Origin: Neodothiora populina
Lineage: Eukaryota
NCBI RefSeq assembly: GCF_041146345.1
Contig: NW_027191415.1
Location: 744,001-808,000 of the forward strand
Reading direction: 5' to 3'
DNA length: 64,000 bases
The translations under genes were made by a program, and so were the position numbers. Position 1 is the stretch's first letter. Each line of letters starts with the position of its first letter. Under the pieces are notes generated by a model, which was given only the letters and a program-made list of their open reading frames with translations, ran no database searches and was not told the DNA's origin. Of this stretch, positions 1 through 11,653 are shown one piece after another.

Positions 1-459
1 GCTTGACTTCGGTGGGCTGTAACTTGGATACATCCAGGGATATTTGACACCATTACGCTTTTGTCGATTCGACCATCATGATTCAAGTCCTGTTTGTCGA
101 GTGCACTCCATACAGAAAGAACATATGCAGCATTTTATAGTTTCCTGCCGAGCAATATAGAGACAGGAGAACAAAAAAGTAGTTCCCTTCTATTGGATCT
201 AAGTGGCACACATACAACATACAAACCACACGCCTGATGGCCCTCGACCCAGAATATAGCCTTTTGTCTTCCATCGTCACACAGAGAGGAAGAAAAAAAG
301 AGTCCACGAATGCCATTTGTAAATGCAACAGTTGAAATCCGCCATGAAACGCCGTCGCTAGCACGCTGGAAAAAATGTACACAAGAACAACAATTGCAGC
401 AGCAGCAGCAGCAGCACTTGGACAACAATAACTCAGCCTGGAAATTCATCGTTATGTGT

Positions 460-3400
460 TCATTGCTCCGGTGCCTTGTACGTCCCTGTCGCCATTGCTG
501 TTGCCGGAGTGGTGGCAGACTTCTTGTCCTCGATCTCTGTCGGGTTCTTGATGTCCTGCGTCACACCATTGTTGTTGGTCGTGGTCGTGGCATTGGATGC
601 AGGAGGGGCCTCCGAGGCTGGACTATCGGTGATTTGCTTGGTCTGCACGACGTCGATGATCGTCTTGCCGATGTCATCGAACCCGTTGATTCTACCCAGA
701 CGGCTATCGAACAGTTCGGCATCTTTGAGAAGTCTGGTACGTGTCGTTAGCTTGAGCCTTGAACAAGAAAACAAATGTGTGACTAACCTTTGTTTACCAC
801 CAGCCGTACGAACCTCCGCTTCCGTGAATGCTCGTGTCCATGTATCCTTGTAGCCGTTGAATATTTGCATCACGATGCTGTTAGCGTCCGCCTCAAATAA
901 GTGTCTGGACAGCACTCTGTACAGAGTAGCTGTCTCCTTGGTCAGCGTTTCCATGTAAGGACTTGGGCCTTCGGACTCGGCCTCAGCATCAAAGTCGATC
1001 TTCTTCATAGCATTGACATGTGAAGATGCTCGGGTTGTCATTATGTCTACAAGCTTGTCATGGATACCCATCTGGTGATCTTGATACATTCGCTTGACCT
1101 TGTCAAACTCTGCGAGCGTCTCCGCTCTGGCACCACTGGCACCTATATGTCGCCGGACTGCTTCTCGCATGTATGGAACCAGTGTGATGACAAAGCTCAA
1201 AGCCTGACTGGCAAGGGCCAAATGTTTCGTAGTAATGTTTTTAAGACCAGCGATGCGAGTTGCACCAGCACCCAGAACGAGCTGTGACGTCCGTGAGTTG
1301 AATGTCCGGAGGAGCTCGGCAATTGCTTGTACCACGACCGGACCGATAGATGGCACACTGGCAATAAGAGAGAGGAAGTTCTCGAGAGGGTCCAGAAGAG
1401 TCATAGCAGAAGCGACCAAGATGTAACGAGTGTCGTCAATGTACGCGGGTCGAGTCTGCGGCCTCGTTGCATTTTTATTCTCGGTCGCGGATGTGCCATT
1501 GGTAAAACCTTTGTTGTTTCCAATTCCATTCGTACCTAGGGCACCATTGGCTTGTTCGGAGGCGAAGTCTTCCCAGACTCGAGTACCTCGCAGCCAGAAA
1601 GTGGGATCAGACGTCATGCTCTGCAGTATACGCGAGAGTCGGGCTTCGTGCTCCTCGTCAAAGTCTTTCGCTTCCCACTGGTCCATATCTAGGGTCTGCG
1701 AGATGCGCTGGTTTTGTGCATCACTCTGGCTGTGAACGAACGCAGTGAGCTGTCCGGCAACGACGGCCTTCAGCGCGGATCCTGAATGACCAGAGATGGC
1801 TTCGCACTCGTCGGCGAAAAGACGATTCAAGGTTGAATACCGCACGAACCGCTGAAGTGGTAGGCGAACACTTTGTTCTGTGCGCACTTTCAAAACTCGT
1901 GTGATCTGCGTCTGCGCGACATCAACGGCCTGACCTAACAAACTCGACAGGTCTAGCGCCTGTGTTACTTGCTCTTGCAAACTCGCCGACCTACTGCGCT
2001 GACCGTCTGTACCTTGCACGGTAATCTTCACGGAAGATTGTGGTCGGACATCGACGCTACTGGTGACATCAAGAAGAAGCTTGATCTGTACACTCAACCT
2101 TCGCAAGGCTTCACTGATCCCGGTGTATATCTTGACAAAGAGCTCCTCTGCAGCTTCCTCGTCCAATGCACGCAGATTTCGGGCAAGAATTGCCGATTTC
2201 TCTTGCTGAGAGAGCTGTCTACCGCCCCGTGTCGACACCGAAGTTACTGACTCGATATCATCGTCGCTGGAGCTGGGAAGATGCTTGCGAATGAGAGTTT
2301 TCATCTCCTTCATGATGGCCTCCCTGAACGCAGTTGTTGCGCGAATTGTCTGTCCGGAGTCGCTCAAGCCATTGAGGCTTGCCAAAAGATTCTTCCTGAG
2401 CTCGGCACTGGTATTTAGATAGACTGGAGGATCGAGTGGGACACGTGCTTCGCCTCTCGCTCGCTGAAAGGTATTAGCCCACCTGCGTAAAGAGTCACTT
2501 GGTGGGACCTTTTCGATGTGTTCGCGCAGATCCGATAGTAGGGCTTCAAGGAAGCGCGTCTCGAAGCCTCTGGATATTCGAAGTTGCAAATGGGACAAGC
2601 CCTCGGACAACGACTGAATGGCCTTGATCGGGCGTAGATCTATCAGATGGGGAGACGGGGGTTCGGCTTGACCAGAGATTAAATTGTCCAGTTTGCTCAT
2701 GTGCTCCGAAGCAGCGTCATATTCTCCTTTCTCAACGAGGCTCTCGCAATATTTGGCATCTTCCACGACTCGCGCGACCTGGTCAACGGCGCGAGCTAGT
2801 TTCTTTATGTTCTCATGTCGCCTGCGGAGATGTGCAACTTCAAGGCCACCAAGTGCCATGTCCTGATCTAATCGTGCCAGATCCCCTCGAAGCTTTTGTA
2901 TACGCTCGACTGACTGGGAAGCCTCATGCTCCAGATCGCGAAGAGAGCCAAGAGCAGCGAAGAAGGACGATGAGGCGTTGGATATGGAATTGATGAGATG
3001 AACTTCGACAGTGTCCATGTACCAGGATAGTTTCTCTTGCAAAATGGCATTGGTAGCTAGAGACTTCCGCACGGGGCGTGACGGCGCATCAGAGTCTTGA
3101 GATTGGGATCCAGGAGGTGGCTTCACAATCTCGGCGTGCTCGCTCACGACATCGAATATGCGCGGGTTCTCCAACTGAAAGTTCTGTTCGAAGTAGACGG
3201 CAGGGATGGTAGACAAGGGCGTGGGTTCGTTAAGTCTTCGCCTTGTGTACCCGCTAGACCTTCTGCGAGGTTGAGGCGATTCTGTTGGCGAGAGGAGCGA
3301 CGTGGTCGAGGCATGACGGCTCAGGGCAGGGCTCTGAGGAGGTTCGGTGTCTTTATTTGAGGTGATGGTCGCCTGGTTCTCGGCTCGAGCGCGCTGAAAG

Positions 3401-3911
3401 GACTCAAATAGGGGACCAATCCGGGACAGGTAGTCCTTGAATACGGAGGTTTCCACATGGGGAATGTTGGTCAAAGTAACGGGAGGGATATCTCGAGAGG
3501 TGGGAGCTTTGTAAGTAGTCGAGACACCAGAAGATGGCGCAAGCAGGCCGGTACGGAGAATAGGTGGCTGGAGCAGACTAGATATGGCTGAAAGATGGTC
3601 AGAATCGTTGATTGGTCAAGTCGGAGTGGTGCTAAGGAAGGAAGGCGGGAAGTTGTGCTAAGGGAGGAAGTCGCACCATTCTGGCCGGCTTCCGGAACGG
3701 GTACATTAATTCTCGGTGTTCGAATGTCCAAGGAGCCTCCTACGGAATTGGCGACCGAGCTGATAGATATAGTGCTCGCTGTCGAGCCGCGTCGGCTGGT
3801 ATCATAAGCCCTTTGACCTGAAGCATACTGGGGGAATGGATATGCGCCTCGTTGAAATGAGGGTGATTGCGGAGATTCGATGCTATCGATCGACTTTCTG
3901 GGCGATGACAT
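460..3911 (-). CDS. VPS54: GARP complex subunit Vps54 (3 exons; introns 3588-3676 and 734-787)
   Basis: About 1100-aa spliced ORF containing LQEKLSWYMDTVEVHL and the C-terminal Vps54 motif FNSRTSQLVLGAGA...GLKNITTKHLALASQALS. ATG at 3911 (MSSPRKS). The GT..AG introns restore the frame. Confidence 0.93.
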
Positions 3912-4598
3912 GACAATTGAGGAGACAGCGGCGCCGCATGAACAAAGCGAGGCATAAGGAGAGTGTTTTGTGTTCGCTTTCCTGTCTCTCACTTGTCGGA
4001 CTAGGATTATTTGTACAATGTTATGCCGCTCCTATGCTGAGGCCCCCAAAGCTCCGGGAGGTTTATATCGCAACTCGCGGATCGCAACACAGCTGGTACT
4101 CGATCAGAGATTCATCATAGGTATTCAAGGCCTAGATGAGTAGTGAAAGGTAGGGAGAGACGAATCGATCGCCGTTCAACAGTATGTGTGTACAACTGTC
4201 TGTATGACAAGATCCCAATCTACCTTATACACACGGACACACAAGTACGCTGGGCGTATCGCGTTAGTTTAACCCCCAGGATTGCGGAGGTCATTTACTA
4301 GTCACCGTCCTTTGTTTCTCCAAGTTCCACTATCTGTAAGTCAAACGAATGACGATTCTGATAGCGATAATACAGCGACGACGTACTGACTTTCTAGATC
4401 AGGAAACATTCATCGTAACGAGTGCGATTACCTGATGGCAATAATATTGACTTAAATCCCGTCTCGCTGGACCCAATTACTGCATACCTCAAGTCCAATC
4501 GGTCGGTACCACGTTTATCGGTCGAATGAAAGTCCGACCTCAAGCTGTCAGATCCGCCAAAAATCAATTTGAATGTTTATGGACTAGCGCATTATATC

Positions 4599-4638
4599 AC
4601 GCGCGTCAGAGCGCGTTCACGGTCTCCTTTTCACGCGT
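4599..4638. promoter_or_regulatory. MCB (MluI cell-cycle box) cluster upstream of MCM5
   Basis: ACGCGCGT at 4599-4606, GCGCGT at 4611-4616 and a perfect ACGCGT at 4633-4638, about 110-145 bp upstream of the MCM5 ATG. Confidence 0.7.
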
Positions 4639-4743
4639 TGACACCACAACTGCGATATAGATTGCAATTCTTGTTTTTGGCTCGGTATACAACAGTTCTG
4701 TGTATATTTATAATAATTGTTTCTGCCAGCTACACACATCGCC

Positions 4744-7033
4744 ATGGATCGCCAATCCGCATATACCCTTAGTGTCTTTCCTGAAGATCGAGATTCCACA
4801 GCCGACGATTCACGCTCTCTGGTGCAAGAACAACTCGTTAATTTCATCCTCGATTTTCATGTTGACACGGCCTTCCTGTATCGAGATCAGATACGCGAGA
4901 ATGTTCTGTCAAAGAGATACTACTGCGATGTTGACATATCGCATCTTATCGCCTACGATGAGCAACTTGCACACAGGCTGAACAACGAGCCTGGTGAAAT
5001 AATACCCCTTGTACGTCCTACGTTCTCACTTGCCCCTGCCGATCTCGTCCTTCTACGAGTCTCTAAGCTCCTTTTCCCCTCGCGGCATTGATATCTGACA
5101 AGGCCCACAGTTTGAAGCCGCCATCAAACAATGCACACAGAAGATCGTCTACCCTTCACAGCGAAATGTCTCGTTACCCGCACATCAACTTCTTCTACAT
5201 TCCTCCATCTCCCAGACTCTGATCCGTGGCTTGACTGCCACACACGTCTCACACCTCGTCCGAATCCCGGGCATCGTCATTGGCGCCAGCACCCTCTCTT
5301 CGAAGGCGACCACACTTCACATTCAATGCCGCAACTGCCAGCATTCTCAGAATATCCCAGTCACTGGCGGCTTTGCCGGTGTCACACTTCCACGCACCTG
5401 CGCTCGTACCACCCAGCCCGGCGAAGACTCGGCCAAGTGCCCTCTCGACCCTTATTTTGTAGTGCACGAAAAGTGCCACTTTATCGACCAGCAAGTCATC
5501 AAGCTGCAGGAGGCTCCCGATGATGTACCTGTCGGAGAATTGCCGCGCCATATCCACATATCGGCCGATCGATACCTGACCAATCGTGTTGTACCCGGTT
5601 CTCGCTGCATAGTCATGGGCGTCTTCAGCACATACCAGTCCAAGGGTAAGGGTCAGGGCAGCGCTGTTGCTATCAGGACTCCTTACCTTCGCGCTGTTGG
5701 CATCCAGACCGACGTTGACCACACTGCCAAAGGAGGCGCCCACTTCTCGGACGAGGAAGAGCAAGAGTTCCTAGAAATGAGCCGTCGTCCGGACTTGTAC
5801 GAGCGATTTGCAGAGTGTATCGCTCCTTCCATCTACGGCAACAAGGACATCAAGAAAGCCATCACCTGTCTGCTCATGGGTGGCAGCAAAAAGATCCTTC
5901 CTGACGGTATGAGACTTAGAGGTGACATCAACGTCCTTCTTCTCGGTGACCCGGGTACCGCAAAATCTCAACTGCTCAAGTTCGTCGAAAAAGCAACCCC
6001 CATCGCTATCTACACCTCCGGTAAAGGTTCGTCTGCTGCGGGTCTGACAGCTTCGGTACAGAGAGATCAAAATTCACGAGAGTTCTATCTCGAAGGTGGT
6101 GCCATGGTTCTTGCGGATGGTGGTGTCGTGTGCATTGACGAGTTTGACAAGATGCGAGATGAGGATCGTGTCGCGATTCACGAGGCAATGGAGCAGCAGA
6201 CAATTTCTATCGCCAAAGCTGGTATCACGACAATTCTCAACGCCAGAACGTCTGTCCTGGCTGCTGCGAATCCCATCTTTGGTCGCTATGATGACATGAA
6301 GACTCCCGGCGAGAACATTGACTTCCAGACCACCATTCTCAGCAGATTCGACCTCATCTTCATCGTGCGCGACGAGCATGACCGAAATCGTGATGAGCGC
6401 ATAGCAAAACACGTCATGGGAATCCACATGGGTGGACAAGGCCTGGTAGATTCGGAGACTCCCGCAGTTACCATTCCTGTCGACAAGATGAAGCGATACA
6501 TCTCATACTGCAAGAGTCGTTGCGCACCTCGCCTTTCACCGGAAGCAGCCGAGAAGCTCTCGAGTCACTTTGTCAGTATCAGGAAGCAAGTCGCCCGTGC
6601 GGAAGCCGATGCAAACCAAAGATCAAGCATTCCTATCACCATTCGCCAGCTCGAATCGCTTGTCCGTATCACCGAGGCGCTTGCGAAGCTGACGCTGTCG
6701 CCCGTGGCGACGGAGCAGCACGTTGACGAAGCGATTCGCCTCTTCCTGGGCAGTACGATGGACGCTGTTCTCCACCAGGGAGGCGATGCAGCCAGCGGTG
6801 CAGGTCTTAGTGGCAATCGCGAACTTATGGATGAAGTCTCCAAGGTCGAAGATGAGATTCGTCGCCGATTACCGATTGGATGGAGTGCCACGATACCGCA
6901 GCTCCGCAAAGATTTCGTCGAACGCAAGGGGTACAGCGAACAAGCACTCAACAGAGCCATCTGGGCCTTGCAGAAAAGAGAGAGTGTTCAACTTCGGCGT
7001 GGCGGCGCTCAAGTCTATCGTAGTGGTATGTAG
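4744..7033 (+). CDS. MCM5: DNA replication licensing factor Mcm5 (intron 5011-5110)
   Basis: MCM Walker [10 protein letters not shown], Walker B IDEFDKM, SRFD arginine finger and zinc finger CRNC..C..C. The N-terminus MDRQSAY and the motif [15 protein letters not shown] are typical of Mcm5. Confidence 0.96.
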
Positions 7034-7723
7034 AGCAGGATTGTGCCAGCCTTCCGCCTTAGGAATAGGACTCACTTGCAAACCTTGCAAGTGTTCTGGC
7101 AATGGGTTATGCACTATATGACTTGGAATTTATGATGCCGGCGTTCAGGGGTGATTTAGCTAAATCAAGGCTAAGGTCAACAAGCGGATCAATTAGATAC
7201 CTCACCTACGGAATGTACTTTATGCATGGTTTTTGAGACAGATTGAGAAATCACATGCAACATCTCGCATGACAAACGCTACCTTGTTCCTTTGTTCCTT
7301 CTTTCGCAGTCACAGCCACGTTCCGCACCTACTTATTTCTCGAGTGAATCAACACATCAAGGCAATGGCGCGTGTCATCGCCGGGGCGATTGTAGGTGTT
7401 ACCAATCTTTACACTTGTTACCACATTCGTGACATGCACAGCTTGGATCTCATGCACCATCTGCTGCTGCTCATGCTTTTTATTATCACACACATTCCAT
7501 CAAGTTCAGTCAATTGCATAGCAGCTTCACGACCGTGCTAGATCCTTCCGTTGCTTCTTGCAATAGAGCTCCACACCCTGATGAGAATTAAGTGGGAAGC
7601 AAAGTCCTACGAACGACGATAGCCAATATCATGTAAGCAGTGCCTGCCATCGATGATTGCCCCAGGTGCAGGGATGACGCTAATGACAATCAGCAATCAA
7701 ACAGCAGCAGCAGTAGTAGTAGG

Positions 7724-8149
7724 ATGCCGTCCTCGGTCCAACGCAACACGGAGCAGGAGCTCCAGCTGTTTGAGTCCTTCATCATCTCAGCCGCACGCCT
7801 CTACTATGCAAACTGCCATGCATTGGTTCAGGAGACCGCCTTCCTCTTTGAAGAGCTCCTCGACATGAGCGCGCAGGAGCTGCTCAAGATCGCCATGCAC
7901 TCGAAAGAGTGGCGTGCGGAAGAATCGGCCTGCAGAGGCATACCGGGACATGCTAGCAAGGTCCTCGATGCCAGCAGGGTTGTCCATGGAGTCGCATGGG
8001 AGCTCATGAAGCAGTACGGTATGGAGGCGGAATCGGTCCCTTGCTTTCAATTCGCAGCTCGTCTGAACGAGATCGCGTGGATGATCAACGACCAGGAGAT
8101 ATCGTTTCAAGAGCGTCCGCGCGCCCAGCAGCTACAGCGTGGCTTCTGA
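7724..8149 (+). CDS. Hypothetical orphan protein, about 141 aa (possible 5' UTR intron 7633-7693)
   Basis: Open frame from ATG 7724 with C/G-ending codon bias like neighbouring genes. An intron-like element GTAAGC..GCTAAT..CAG lies just upstream. No family recognised. Confidence 0.45.
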   Translation: MPSSVQRNTEQELQLFESFIISAARLYYANCHALVQETAFLFEELLDMSAQELLKIAMHSKEWRAEESACRGIPGHASKVLDASRVVHGVAWELMKQYGMEAESVPCFQFAARLNEIAWMINDQEISFQERPRAQQLQRGF

Positions 8150-9280
8150 TTTCTAGCCTAGGCTCGGAGTGGATGCCTGCAAAAGCCGCCGACGGGCTGG
8201 TTTCTGCATAGCCGCAAGACCAGTACATCCACCCGACCGAACGCGACGAGTCAATGGCAAAATTAGCGCGGGACAATTAGGCGTGATCACTGGAAATACA
8301 AGATGCCTCAAAATCGGTATCACTGGGAAAGGTTTATCGGAACGGCAAGAAGGTGGAAGAACATGGATGGCTGCGTACAGTGGCTATGAATGGATATCTC
8401 GACGAGGGTTCATGATAGAAACCCAGGGAGATATGATAATAATTGTAGGGTCCATCTGACACCGCCTATGCAACAGGGAAAAATGCGTAGCCAGCTCTTA
8501 ATGGACCCGAAAGTTAGCATTCCTCTCCGCATCGCTGAATCGAATTGCAGCAATCAAGATGAAATCCGAGGCTAACCACAGAATGCGGCGCCTGGAAACC
8601 TGCTGTATACACTGTCTAAATGGATGCGTTGGTACGTGAAGAAAGAAAGCAGAAATGCAAAGGTAAACTTTTATTTTTGTAGTACGCAGCAGGGCCGGGG
8701 ATGCTTGGCAGAGGAGTGGCACGGACCCGGTATGTGTAAGGGTAACATCCCGCCCAGGTAAGGCTAAGGCTAAGGGACAGCAATGGAAGGTACGGAGTAT
8801 GAATGACATGCGATTGGATCTAGGAAGGTACTGTAGTTGCCTCGCAATATCACAAAGTTATTGACTTGACCTGATTGATACATTTGCTTGATACTCAATT
8901 CTTTTTCTGCTGAATTCAAGCACAGCTGTAAGAGTGGCTCATACCACTTCAATGTTCTTTTGATCTCTCCCCTTTCTTGTCGCACATATACACATATACA
9001 GTACTGGCGACTCGTCAACAAGAATTACCCTGCCCCACAGGCACGAACACCTATTGCACATACATATACACACAAGTGTATAGCAGCCCACGCAACACCA
9101 ACGCCCAGGAATAGTGTTCCCTGTATATCGCGAAGCCACTTGGCTAGCTACGCGCACATCTATATTCGCGCCTGCATCTCTGCTGAACGACAGAGCGAGC
9201 TCCAATCCTCGGTCTTGACCTTGGGCTTCACCATCTAACTTTCGGTCAACTCACGCAACCCTAGTGTTGCTACCACGAGC

Positions 9281-10876
9281 ATGGCTTCCGCCATCTTTTT
9301 CTTGGATCTTAAGGGCAAGGTGCGCATCTTCGGAAAGAAGAGCAGAGCAATACAGCTCAATACTGACATGGACACATGTCGCAGACCCTCCTCGCCCGCA
9401 ATTATAGGGGAGATATCCCTATGAGCGCAGTGGAAAAGTTTCCCACACTTCTGAGCGATGCCGAAGAGGAGAGCTCCTCGGTGCCGCCGTGTTTCTCAGA
9501 TGAGGGCATAAATGTGCGTCACCCCTCTGCTGGCAAGGCGCATAGTGAAGATCAACTGTGACTGATTCCTGTGCAACAACAGTATCTATACATACGACAC
9601 AACAACCTCTATCTTCTAGCACTTACCAAGCGAAACTCTAACGCCGCCGAGATCCTGTTGTTCCTACACAAAATTGTCGAGGTCTTCACCGAGTACTTCA
9701 AGGAGCTGGAGGAGGAGAGTATCAGAGACAACTTCGTCGTCATCTACGAGTTGCTGGACGAGATGATGGACTTCGGCTACCCGCAGACGACCGAGCACAA
9801 GATATTACAAGAGTACATCACACAAGAGTCGCACAAGCTCGAGGTACAGGCACGGCCGCCTATTGCAGTCACCAACGCCGTTTCCTGGCGAAGCGAAGGT
9901 ATTCGTTACCGCAAGAACGAGGTCTTCCTGGACGTTGTCGAGTCCCTCAACCTCCTTGTCTCGGCGACGGGCAATGTATTGCGCTCTGAGATTCTAGGTG
10001 CTATCAAGATGAAGTGCTATTTGTCTGGAATGCCAGAATTGCGGCTAGGACTCAACGACAAGGCCATGTTCGAGACGACAGGACGTGCGACCCGCGGCAA
10101 GGCTGTTGAGATGGAGGATGTCAAGTTCCATCAATGCGTGCGGCTATCACGATTCGAGAACGATCGCACCATATCCTTCATCCCACCCGATGGCGAGTTC
10201 GAACTCATGAGCTATCGACTCAACACCCAGGTCAAGCCATTGATCTGGGTCGAATGTATTGTGGAGAACCACAGCAACTCCAGGATTGAATACATGCTCA
10301 AAGCAAAGGCACAATTCAAACGCCGGAGTACAGCGAACAATGTGGAGATCATCATCCCGGTGCCTGAGGATGCAGATACGCCAAAATTCAGGACAAACAT
10401 TGGTGGCGTGCACTACGCACCCGAGCAGTCGGCCATTGTGTGGAAGATCAAGCAGTTCGGTGGCGGCAAGGAGTTCCTCATGCGCGCCGAGCTTGGTCTA
10501 CCGTCGGTTCGAGGTGACGACGAGAAGGGCGGTGGCATGATGGGTGGTTTCGGAGGCAGCATGGGAGGTGTAGGCGACAGAGCAAAGGGCAAGCGACCGA
10601 TCAACGTCAAATTCGAGGTTTGTTTGTGCCGATGAATACTTACGTGCATGATCGCTGACCTTTCCAGATCCCCTACTTTACAACGTCCGGCATCAACGTT
10701 CGCTACCTCAAGATCATCGAACCCAAGGTGAGTTACATAGGAACAGCAGAGGACTACGTGCAGACTATGGCTTACTGACAATGTTTCTACAGCTCCAATA
10801 CCAGTCCCTACCATGGGTGCGGTACATCACACAGTCTGGGGATATCGCTGTCCGTTTACCAGATGCAGCAGCATGA
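9281..10876 (+). CDS. APM1: AP-1 clathrin adaptor complex mu subunit (introns 9320-9384, 9514-9582, 10618-10668, 10728-10792)
   Basis: Motifs MASAIFFLDLKGK, IRDNFVVIYELLDEMMDFGYPQ, VSWRSEGIRYRKNEVFLD, SFIPPDGEFELMSY and C-terminal LPWVRYITQSGD. Confidence 0.96.
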
Positions 10877-11653
10877 TGACAACGAGAGATGGTGGTTGTA
10901 CTTGCGACAAATTACGATGATTTACTGTAGAGAAGCGCCGCATTTGGTGAGGTATTATTTCAGTGTACGAAAATGGAGGATCTGGTGCAGAGTGTCACAG
11001 AAGATGGACTCCTAGTAGAAACATGAGGACTTCACCCGGGATGAGATCAGGACTATCACGCAATCCGGCGGTGCACCTGGGATAACGTGATACGCTACTG
11101 GAGCGACTCGGTATACACGACTGCTTGCGTTGACATGTGCGCCAAACTTCACCATACTGGATCGAACTCTGCGATCTTGACATCTGAGAAGCATTCGAGG
11201 CATCAGCAGGGCAAGAGTAAAGCATCCACTTGTATAGTATGGTAACTAAGACACCTTGAGTTATTCAGTACAGTAAAGGTTGTCAAATATCAAACCAGAT
11301 GGACTGTAGATCCAGTAACCCCACAACCCCACAAAAGCCAAGGATACTCGGACATGTTTTTAGAGCTGCACTTGCATAAAAGCCATGGATTAGTCCCGAG
11401 AGTTGGCAGCGTGTGTCACATCATGTCACCGCCGCTCCTTCCGGTCCCAGCGCAAAAGAAGGATACGCGATAGAGAGGTGGAGCGATAGAGACGAGGCTT
11501 CTGATTCAGAAAGGGAAGGAGACAAGAAATTTCCACATCGAGCATTCGTCAAAGTGTGCTGCCCTCGCACTATATTACAATACCAACCATACTCCAAACC
11601 GAATCTACCCCAAGACACAACCGCTCTTGAAGACTTTTGATGTCCCATACAGG

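Noticed and set aside
1..459. Short ORFs and a (CAG)n run downstream of VPS54
   Set aside because: They look like 3' UTR or intergenic low-complexity sequence with no recognisable protein.
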